Shown here one piece after another: positions 15,891 through 23,074 of a stretch of DNA of 42,697 bases (positions within the stretch are counted from its first letter, which is position 1; each line of letters opens with the position of its first letter). The notes under the pieces were generated by a model, which saw only the letters and a program-made list of their open reading frames with translations, was not told the DNA's origin and ran no database searches. This stretch comes from Clostridiales bacterium UBA6388 (lineage in GTDB: Bacteria; Bacillota; Clostridia; Oscillospirales; Oscillospiraceae): the NCBI GenBank assembly GCA_002437575.1, contig DJQK01000097.1:1-42697 (forward strand), in the 5' to 3' direction. A program made the position numbers and the translations under genes.

Positions 15891-17441
15891 CTATTCCTCC
15901 AGAGCCTTGATGTAGGCTTTGCTGCGGGCGTCTGTGGTGATGTTCGGGATTTTCTTGTTGTCATACGCAAAGTTGTGCATGATATCCTTTACCACCGCTC
16001 CGTTGGACGAGCATGGAATCCTTACGATCGTCCCGGCGGCTGCGGGTTGATTCCCCGCCGCTGCGCTGAGCGTCGCGGTGTAATCCCAACCCTGCGTTAT
16101 GTCCTCGGATATGTACAAATTCGTACCTTTCACTGCCACAATCTGCCCGTTGCAATTTTCTGCATACTCCGGTTCAGCTGCGTTACTTGTAATCTGCTCA
16201 TCTGCCAGTGTTTTCACGCCGGTTATTTTGTGTATGCACCTCTCCAGCCCGTAGGTCCCTTCACAAGGCCCCCAGAAAAGCACGTCCGCGCCAATTTCAA
16301 AAAAACCATCGTAGTATATCTGTTCGTCGTTTCGGTGTAAGTTTGTGTTATAGAGCGTTTTTGCCTTTGCGATCACACCGTCCGGGTAGTAATATCCATA
16401 TGCGCAGAAATACCCCGTGTCGCCATACTCCGGAATTTTTACAAACTGCATGGGAAGATTGTCTGTCCTCCTGATATGTACATACAGCGTTTTGATGTCG
16501 CTCGCCCATGTGTTCGGAGCCATTCCCCACCACTGCGAATCAGCTGAAGTGCCTGCTGCTGGGCTTGTTTTGCTTGTTAGCTGCGTTGTATACCTGAATC
16601 CGACCTGCGTCCCTCCGCTTTCGTCTGCGTATTGCCCACAAACAAAAAAGTTTTTTCCGTCGAAATATATGTCATGCACGCCATCCGTAAACGATTCCGT
16701 TGTGTCGCACGGCTCTGGCGTATCCGCCCTAAACCCGCCGAACAAAGTGTCGGCAAAAAGGATCGCCCAGCCATAATGTGCTCCCGTTCCCGTCGTGTAC
16801 GCAATGAGTGCGCTACATACAAACAGCCCGTTGTAATAGTGGATTTTATAGCATTCCACAACGCGTGAGGAAAGAACTGTTGCTCCAACCCAGAGATTCT
16901 GTGGCATTGCCCATTCCGTCCATGTCTCTCCATCGTCTGATACCAGAATGTGCGCGGATGTTGCGTCCCGGTATGTGCGGAACCAGTGTCCGTTTTCGTA
17001 GGAAAGCGCGTCGCCGCCCGCTCCGATGTTTGTTGATACAGTCTTTTCCGTCCAGATTGCCGGGCTGTCCGGTGTCCGAAGCACAGCGCAGAGCGACGGA
17101 TACTGTTCCTGCGACACAGTGCGCCCGTCACACGGAAGCCACGCGCTGGACAGGTCTGTGCGGGCGGTGATGGCAATGTCGCCGACTTCGGATGTGCCTT
17201 TTGCAAGCTTGAAAAGAGCATCATTCACCGTTGGGTCTTCCGGCCGCGTGGCTGCGCCGGGCCAGATCTTTGCGGCGGTGGCGTCGGAGAGCAGATTGGC
17301 TTTATTGAGCGGCGTGCCCTCTTCGGTGGGCGCGTCGTCGCGCTTGAGGTATTCGTAGTGATTCAGGGTTCCGTCGGCGTTATAAAAGCCGTACCGGATT
17401 GCGCCGTTAGATAAAACATGTGTCGGCTGCCTATCTTTCAT
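15891..17441 (-). CDS. Tail fibre/receptor-binding protein with collar domain and beta-rich insert
   Basis: Likely start MKDRQPTHVL at 17441; WLPCDGRTVSQEQYPSL collar motif; Asp-box-like SDDGETW. Confidence 0.8.
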   Translation of the reverse strand: MKDRQPTHVLSNGAIRYGFYNADGTLNHYEYLKRDDAPTEEGTPLNKANLLSDATAAKIWPGAATRPEDPTVNDALFKLAKGTSEVGDIAITARTDLSSAWLPCDGRTVSQEQYPSLCAVLRTPDSPAIWTEKTVSTNIGAGGDALSYENGHWFRTYRDATSAHILVSDDGETWTEWAMPQNLWVGATVLSSRVVECYKIHYYNGLFVCSALIAYTTGTGAHYGWAILFADTLFGGFRADTPEPCDTTESFTDGVHDIYFDGKNFFVCGQYADESGGTQVGFRYTTQLTSKTSPAAGTSADSQWWGMAPNTWASDIKTLYVHIRRTDNLPMQFVKIPEYGDTGYFCAYGYYYPDGVIAKAKTLYNTNLHRNDEQIYYDGFFEIGADVLFWGPCEGTYGLERCIHKITGVKTLADEQITSNAAEPEYAENCNGQIVAVKGTNLYISEDITQGWDYTATLSAAAGNQPAAAGTIVRIPCSSNGAVVKDIMHNFAYDNKKIPNITTDARSKAYIKALEE

Positions 17442-17929
17442 GTAAGTAATCCTCCTGCGGCGCACTCCGCCGCGCCGGTGTAGCGAAAAGATTTTGCAAC
17501 GTTGACGATTAAGCCCTCGCAGATCGTCAGGATTCGCTCGATGTCGTTTGCGCCGGCGTAGGTCATGCGGTTCAGCTGCGGCGCGTCCGGCGTTCCGGCA
17601 GGATACACGAGCGCGTCGCGGATATCCTGTATCTGCTGCCGGTACGTTTCGGCCTGTGAAGCCGTTGCAATGTCCGTGACGGCCCAATCGGTTTTTGCCG
17701 TCCACGTTATGCTCTTCCCGCAGATTGGCCCAAGGCGGCCCGCCAGATAGTTCAGGGCCGTTCCTACGCGGTTCAGGTCGGCTGCGTTGTACGCGCCCTT
17801 CATCCCCGCAATCCATTCCGCCCGCTCATCTGCCGTCATTCCCGCAAACCCCTTCGAGGCCAATTCATTCACCCGCTCGGCATCCGCCTGCGTCCGGTCG
17901 GTGATGAGGGTATCGATGATTGTGCTCAT
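17438..17929 (-). CDS. Tail-associated structural protein
   Basis: LITDRTQAD...MKGAYNAADLNRV motif; tail-module position. Confidence 0.75.
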   Translation of the reverse strand: MSTIIDTLITDRTQADAERVNELASKGFAGMTADERAEWIAGMKGAYNAADLNRVGTALNYLAGRLGPICGKSITWTAKTDWAVTDIATASQAETYRQQIQDIRDALVYPAGTPDAPQLNRMTYAGANDIERILTICEGLIVNVAKSFRYTGAAECAAGGLLT

Positions 17930-17985
17930 GCGTTATGTACCTCCTTCCGAAATTTTCTTCCACCCTTGCGGAACGGGACAGGGTG

Positions 17986-18027
17986 TAAAAAAGCCGTCCC
18001 GCTGCTTGACATTTGACAGCGGGACGG
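17986..18027 (-). terminator. Intrinsic terminator closing the small-toxin module
   Basis: Minus strand CCGTCCCGCTG-12nt-CAGCGGGACGG then CTTTTTT. Confidence 0.65.
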
Positions 18028-18033
18028 TATAAT
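18006..18033 (+). promoter_or_regulatory. Consensus promoter for an antisense sRNA
   Basis: TTGACA-16bp-TATAAT, with no credible plus-strand CDS downstream. Confidence 0.75.
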
Positions 18034-18039
18034 GGAGAT

Positions 18040-18134
18040 ATAAGGACGCTGCTGCGGCGGTCAGCCCTTAACGATCAACAAAAAAACGCTCTTATTGACC
18101 GCTTGGGTACCAGCCGAGCGGTCAATAAACTTTC
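18040..18134 (+). ncRNA. Putative antitoxin/antisense sRNA (about 95 nt)
   Basis: Lies between the consensus promoter and hairpin TTATTGACCGCTTGG-7nt-CCGAGCGGTCAATAA (18092-18128), convergent with the peptide ORF. Ends are estimated. Confidence 0.55.
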
Positions 18135-18217
18135 AGGGAAAAAAGCAGCATGATAAGTATTACCATTGCGACTTGCAGCAGGAACCGAAGGGCTTTCGCC
18201 CATGGTCTGCGCCCCAT
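18122..18217 (-). CDS. 31-aa hydrophobic peptide, type I toxin-like (not in ORF track)
   Basis: MGRRPWAKALRFLLQVAMVILIMLLFSLKVY*, with a GGGGGTG RBS and its own promoter TAGACA-17bp-TAAGAT at about 18293-18321. Confidence 0.7.
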   Translation of the reverse strand: MGRRPWAKALRFLLQVAMVILIMLLFSLKVY

Positions 18218-18348
18218 CAGCATCACCCCCTTTACAGGGACGTGACTGACCGCCGTATGCAGCAGCGCCCGCCCCACGAATGGGGCGTATCCATCTTATC
18301 ACACGCTGCAAATTTTGTCTATCTCCGCCGCCCGGAATGGCGGCTTTT

Positions 18349-18582
18349 TTATGTATCGATTTTCTTCCACCCGTCAGGGTTGACGGATGGCGGCCAGACG
18401 TTGGCTTCCAGCAGGGATTCATATAGTTCATCCTGCCACCAGCCTTTTTCGCCTTTTGCAAAGGCGGCTCCGGCGGTGATGGTTTCCGGGATGATGCGGT
18501 AGCCCTGTTTATATTGGATGTCCTCCCAGAGTGCCGGGGCGGCGTCCGGGGTGTTCTGCGGAGTTTGTCTGGGCGGATGATG
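18349..18582 (-). pseudogene. Start-less 3' remnant of a Trp-rich, carbohydrate-binding-like tail gene
   Basis: The frame reads ...PQNTPDAAPALWEDIQYKQGYRIIPETITAGAAFAKGEKGWWQDELYESLLEANVWPPSVNPDGWKKIDT* with no start codon or RBS. Confidence 0.65.
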
Positions 18583-18583
18583 T

Positions 18584-19228
18584 TTATACCAGCAGATAAT
18601 GTACTTCTATTACTGCTTCGCTGGCTGTTACATCACTCGTTCCTCCATCCATTTCCGTGATTATCCGCCAGCTGTTCTCGATTACGGGCCCAGACCACAA
18701 GGAGACAGAATCAAGGGATATCGTATCGTAGCCAAAAGCACTTGTCTGCCCATTGAATGGGACATACAAGATTGCCGTTGCTCCATTCTCGCCTTTGATT
18801 GCGATCCATGCCCCGACATATGTCCGGCCCGTTTCGACGTATAGCCCCGTTGCACCGGTTGGGAGTGATACCTGCGTTCCCTTTGACACGATTTCGGTAT
18901 AAAGTTCGTTCGGGTTTAACGTTATGCCTCCGCCGCCGGACGTGGGGACGTTGACGACCGCGGTCGCCTTGCTCAACGTCTTCCCGGCGTCCGGGGTGAT
19001 CTCTACGGTGCCGTTAGCGGTGATGGTCACGGTTTTCTCCTGCTCTTCCTTGGCGCTGCCGGAGGTGATTGCCTGGATTGCAGAGACAAAACCAGCCGGA
19101 TAGACCAGCGGGGCGGATGTGCCGCCCTTTGCTCGAATGGCTTTGGCAACTTCTTTAAGGTCGGTTGAATTTGTCAGATACTCATGTACAGCTGTAGTTT
19201 CACCAAAATGCGGAGATACACTCGCCAT
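18584..19228 (-). CDS. Tail fibre-like protein with variable C-terminus
   Basis: VAKAIRAKGGTSAPLVYPAGFVSAIQAI and QEKTVTITANGTVEITPDAGKTLSKATAVVNV modules. Confidence 0.75.
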   Translation of the reverse strand: MASVSPHFGETTAVHEYLTNSTDLKEVAKAIRAKGGTSAPLVYPAGFVSAIQAITSGSAKEEQEKTVTITANGTVEITPDAGKTLSKATAVVNVPTSGGGGITLNPNELYTEIVSKGTQVSLPTGATGLYVETGRTYVGAWIAIKGENGATAILYVPFNGQTSAFGYDTISLDSVSLWSGPVIENSWRIITEMDGGTSDVTASEAVIEVHYLLV

Positions 19229-19419
19229 TAGAAACTCACCCCACTTGCATTATCAATTTCGGTAGCAGCCCACGCACCATCAACAACCCGCAGAAATTTG
19301 CCGTTGTCGGAGGCGGTGACGGCAGGAAGTTCCTTTTTGCCCCACGCGTCTTTATTCTCGCGCACCTCGCCGATGGCTTCGTCGATCTGCGCGCCGGTAT
19401 ACTGGCTGTTGTACGCCAT
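19228..19419 (-). CDS. Small tail-associated protein
   Basis: YTGAQIDEAI...LPAVTASDNGKFLRVVDGAW motifs. Confidence 0.7.
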   Translation of the reverse strand: MAYNSQYTGAQIDEAIGEVRENKDAWGKKELPAVTASDNGKFLRVVDGAWAATEIDNASGVSF

Positions 19420-19423
19420 GCGA

Positions 19424-19801
19424 TCACTCCTTCATGCACAGAAAATCCTCGCCGTCGGCCGTTTTCATGGTCTGCGGCTGCCCAAGCGGGATAAATCCGT
19501 AGTTATCGTTCCAGCTGCCGTCCGCGCCCTGCGCGAACAGCGAAATGCGGTATTCCCCATCTCCGGACAGCAGGAAATCGTCGTAGACCTCAAAGGTGCG
19601 CTGCGTCCCCGCCGGGGTCTGGGAAAATGACGCGATAAGCGCCCCTTTCCCGCGGCCCCAATCCTCGCCGGATTTCGTCGCACGGCACTCAAAGGCCGTG
19701 CAGGCGATATCCGACGAGAATGTGACGGTGATGGAGTCGTACCCGGTCACTGCCGAGATCCTGTTGCCGGTGATGGAGAACGTCAGTTCCGGCGCGGCCA
19801 T
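19424..19801 (-). CDS. Ig-like tail-associated protein
   Basis: MAAPELTFSITG..., similar to the C-terminal half of the upstream gene (RIS...YD...F..D). Confidence 0.7.
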   Translation of the reverse strand: MAAPELTFSITGNRISAVTGYDSITVTFSSDIACTAFECRATKSGEDWGRGKGALIASFSQTPAGTQRTFEVYDDFLLSGDGEYRISLFAQGADGSWNDNYGFIPLGQPQTMKTADGEDFLCMKE

Positions 19802-20463
19802 TACGCTGCGCTCCACGTCCCGGCGGCGTTCCGGACGAAGACCTTCACGATCTTCACGCCGTCGCCGGAAGACGCTGTCTCAAGGTCTGCGCCCTTGACG
19901 GTGACGTTGATGGCGGTGTTCTTCTTGTAGCCGCCCTCCGTGCCGCTGACGTTTGTAGAGCCGCCAGTCGTCGGGATCTGCGTGCCTGCCGTGTGCAGGC
20001 TGCTCGTCGCCGGGACGACGCGGACGGTGTATTCCTCGAAGTCCACGTCGCAGACGAAGGAGAACGCCGCCGTGTCGTAGTTCTCGACCTTGGAAATGCG
20101 GCTCTTGTCGGGGCCGGTGATGGTCACGGCGGGAATCTTGGAATTGAGCGTGATGGTGTCGCTGGCCGCCGCCGATTCGTTGCCGACGTCGTCGCGCACC
20201 TTGCAATGGATCGTCTTGAGGCCGTCGCCGTCGGGAAGCGTAATGGATTTTGTCGCGGCGAACGTCTCCCACGACGCAGCCGCTTCCGTCGCCGCCGTCT
20301 TCGTGCCCCAGATCTTCATCTGGTAGCCCGTCGTTACCTCATCGGAGACGGAGATCTTCGCGGTGACGTTTGCGCTGGTCGCGTACTGCGCGCCGTCATT
20401 CAGGATGATCGATAGACCGGCAGGTGCCAGCGTATCGAGTGTTAAATTAAAAAAGCTTGCCAT
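19801..20463 (-). CDS. Tandem Ig-like domain tail protein
   Basis: LTLDTLAP...DGDGLKTIHCKVRDDVGNES...GDGVKIVKVFVRNAAGTWS. Confidence 0.75.
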   Translation of the reverse strand: MASFFNLTLDTLAPAGLSIILNDGAQYATSANVTAKISVSDEVTTGYQMKIWGTKTAATEAAASWETFAATKSITLPDGDGLKTIHCKVRDDVGNESAAASDTITLNSKIPAVTITGPDKSRISKVENYDTAAFSFVCDVDFEEYTVRVVPATSSLHTAGTQIPTTGGSTNVSGTEGGYKKNTAINVTVKGADLETASSGDGVKIVKVFVRNAAGTWSAA

Positions 20464-20469
20464 TCGGAT

Positions 20470-20613
20470 TTAACCCCTTTCTTCACTTTTGAGTTCGATG
20501 TACAAAAAGCCGCCCGGCCTTTCATAGATGCTTTCCCCGCCCAGATGGGCGGACTTGATGCCCATGGAGCCGATGAACAGCTCCAGAATGCGTTTGATTC
20601 CAGCTGCCAGCAT
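20470..20613 (-). CDS. 47-aa tail-module protein (not in ORF track)
   Basis: MLAAGIKRILELFIGSMGIKSAHLGGESIYERPGGFLYIELKSEERG*, GGAGG RBS, fills the gap between neighbours exactly. Confidence 0.6.
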   Translation of the reverse strand: MLAAGIKRILELFIGSMGIKSAHLGGESIYERPGGFLYIELKSEERG

Positions 20614-20614
20614 A

Positions 20615-21202
20615 TCAGCCCTCCAACAGATACAGTGTCCGCGCATCCTTTACGGCCAGCGCGTCATATTCGGATTTCGTGAGCACGCGGATCTCATCGA
20701 TCTGCGCGGATTGGATGCCCCCGCCAGAACCGCCTCCGCCCGACTGCCGGGCCTCGTTGATGGCGGCGACGAGGTTGTCCTTGTTGTAGGTCTTGAGGTC
20801 TTTCAGGTCGCCGATCTGGCCCTGAAGCTGCGCCCAGACGGGGAGCGTGGGATCCGCCGATGGATCGCCGGACGGCTCCGCCGCCGGCTGCACCTTGCCG
20901 AGCGTGACCCAGACGGTCGGCAGGACAACGCCGGAGGCGTTCGTGCCGTAGACGCCGACGCGGACGTAGCGGCCCGCTGTGGTGAGGACTTCCGGCGGGA
21001 CAAGGACGGTATCTTCTTCCCATCCGGTCGGCAGGATATCGACGGTTTTCACGCCATCCGTAAAGACGGCGGTTTTATTGAGGCCGTCCCAGTCTTCCGA
21101 GAAGACGAAGCGCACTGTCTCGGCCCGGCTCATGCCCGCCGTCAGGAGCGCCGTCCGGCAGCCCGTCTGGGCGAACGCCTTTTTGCATGTGATTACGATC
21201 AT
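20615..21202 (-). CDS. BppU-like baseplate upper protein
   Basis: VRFVFSEDWDGLNKTAVF...VPPEVL...VGVYG N-domain, then LKTYNKDNLVAAINE. Confidence 0.7.
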   Translation of the reverse strand: MIVITCKKAFAQTGCRTALLTAGMSRAETVRFVFSEDWDGLNKTAVFTDGVKTVDILPTGWEEDTVLVPPEVLTTAGRYVRVGVYGTNASGVVLPTVWVTLGKVQPAAEPSGDPSADPTLPVWAQLQGQIGDLKDLKTYNKDNLVAAINEARQSGGGGSGGGIQSAQIDEIRVLTKSEYDALAVKDARTLYLLEG

Positions 21203-21221
21203 GTTGTTCTCCTTCCGGCGC

Positions 21222-22685
21222 TTATGTTCCTACAATTTCGCAGTCCGCTGCCGCAATGCCGCTGAGGCGGATGTTCATGCTGGTGATCGTGCCGGTGATT
21301 TTGGTCCCCCACGGCGTTGTTGTCCGCACATAATCGCCGGGGGCTTCTTTATCCATGACGATGCGGACGCTGTGCGTCTGACGGCGCATGTAATAGTCAT
21401 AGACGTGCTGCGCAATGGCGGCTACGTTGCTGCTGTTTACCAGCGTCGCATCTCGCACTTCAATGACGTTCGGCTTGGTCTGCGTCGTGGCGTTCGGGTT
21501 CGTCTTGGACGTGACCGACGTCGTGTGGTAGTATGTCGTTCCGCCGACCTCTACGCTTTCCCCACTGCCTGACGTCGAATAGTTGTGCGCTGTCACGCGA
21601 ATCTCCGTGACCACAGCCGCCGTTTCTACACTGCCGCCGGTATATGCCCGGTCAAGCGGGATGTCGGCCGGTGAGGCCGTCGTGAGCCTCCTGACGCGCA
21701 CGCCGCGCGACGCGCTTGTGTCGATGGTTGCGCGCAGAGCGAAGACGATTTGCTGCAGCGCCTCTCGCTTGGTGCAATCCGGTATATAGCCGGTTACAGT
21801 CTCGTCCTCCAGTGCAGAATCGAAGTCCAGCGTGAAATGGCTGCCTAGAATTGAGGCTATCAGTTCCTTTGCATTTTTCTCGCTGTAGATCGCTGCCGAG
21901 AATGGTTCATCGTCCAGAATTCCAAGCGCGTCCTGACAGGATATATCATAGAGCCGAGCGCTCGACCGAGACGAACTTTTGATATAAAATACGCCGATCA
22001 GCTTGCTTCCGTCGTAAGCACTGGCGGGCTGCTTTTCTTGGAAGATGAAGTCGATGTTTTCTGAGTTGTCGAGTGTGAAATCCAGCGTGTTGATCTCTAC
22101 GTCGTCGGAAATCACGCTGACCCCCTCCGTCACGGTGACGCTGCGCAGGTCTTCCCGCTCGAATTCACGGACAATGCCAAAGAAGATCTGGCGAAGCTTT
22201 GCATATCGGGACGGCAGGCTTGTTTTTGTAAGCGCAATCACAAGCTTGTTGTACCCGGAGACCGGCTTTGCGCAGAAATACTTTTGCCCAGTCGGCTCGA
22301 ACGCCTGCGTTGCGACGATTGTCGCGCCGTTGTACCATGTCATGGTCAGTGCGCTGCAATAGTCACCGGTTCCGCCATCGAAATAAAGGAAAATGCCTGA
22401 GGTCGTGAACGTGCCGTCTAGCGTGATTGTCAGCGTTGGGTTTGCATCGAACGTGCAGTCGGCTTTACTTGGCGTTGAGGACCAGAATGCCGCCCGCTCG
22501 TTCGCGAGGAGTGGGCGAGAGCCGTCCAGCACCCATTGGTTCAATTCGTTTGTGGCGACGATCACCGGCTCCGTTCCGTACGGAAGTTCTGAAAGATCAG
22601 AAAATGCCTGCGCGGCCGTGCTTTCCACATTCGCTGCCGCTGCTGCGCCGACTGCAACGTCCTCATAAATCACGCGTACGCTCAT
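21222..22685 (-). CDS. Tail tip/baseplate hub protein
   Basis: 487 aa, second gene after the tape measure gene, VTGYIPDCTKREALQQI motif. Confidence 0.7.
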   Translation of the reverse strand: MSVRVIYEDVAVGAAAAANVESTAAQAFSDLSELPYGTEPVIVATNELNQWVLDGSRPLLANERAAFWSSTPSKADCTFDANPTLTITLDGTFTTSGIFLYFDGGTGDYCSALTMTWYNGATIVATQAFEPTGQKYFCAKPVSGYNKLVIALTKTSLPSRYAKLRQIFFGIVREFEREDLRSVTVTEGVSVISDDVEINTLDFTLDNSENIDFIFQEKQPASAYDGSKLIGVFYIKSSSRSSARLYDISCQDALGILDDEPFSAAIYSEKNAKELIASILGSHFTLDFDSALEDETVTGYIPDCTKREALQQIVFALRATIDTSASRGVRVRRLTTASPADIPLDRAYTGGSVETAAVVTEIRVTAHNYSTSGSGESVEVGGTTYYHTTSVTSKTNPNATTQTKPNVIEVRDATLVNSSNVAAIAQHVYDYYMRRQTHSVRIVMDKEAPGDYVRTTTPWGTKITGTITSMNIRLSGIAAADCEIVGT

Positions 22686-23074
22686 GTTGGCGTCCTCTTA
22701 GGTTTCATGGCGACAAAATTGATCGTTAGGCCGCCCCACTCGTTGCGCCCGTCGTAGCTTCCGGCGAGGCTATCCTCTCCGTTTGCAACGTAAGCGTCGA
22801 ATGTCAGGGTCCCCTGTGCGTATGGGACTGTGAGGACGTGGCTATTTACCGGGGCGGAAATGTTTTCATAAAACTCGTCATATTCTTCCGGGTCTGACGA
22901 TACGGGATCAATTTCGAGGCTGTAATTGTAGTATGTACCGATGATGTCTCTGGTCATTGCGCCGGTCATGACGCGCCCGGCATTGTCGCCGTCGAGGACG
23001 GAAAACGAGCGTTTGAGATCTACGACGTGCAGATTGTAATACGCCTTGCCGTCAAGGCTCAGTGCGCTTCTCAT
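22682..23074 (-). CDS. Distal tail-like protein
   Basis: AGRVMTGAMTRDIIGTYYNY motif; immediately after the tape measure gene. Confidence 0.65.
   Translation of the reverse strand: MRSALSLDGKAYYNLHVVDLKRSFSVLDGDNAGRVMTGAMTRDIIGTYYNYSLEIDPVSSDPEEYDEFYENISAPVNSHVLTVPYAQGTLTFDAYVANGEDSLAGSYDGRNEWGGLTINFVAMKPKRTPT

Noticed and set aside
17442..17816. N-terminal 125 aa of the 641-aa ORF in the track
   Set aside because: It overlaps the 17438-17929 gene in another frame. The RBS and paralogue alignment place the start at 17441.
18075..18502. 128-aa and 135-aa ORFs across the toxin module
   Set aside because: They have no RBS or family features and cross promoters and terminators. The 31-aa ORF and the pseudogene frame explain the region better.
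15453..19228. Diversity-generating retroelement or invertible tail-fibre shufflon
   Set aside because: No reverse transcriptase or invertase gene is visible. I saw no template/variable repeat pair differing at adenines, and the tail paralogues are diverged and co-oriented.
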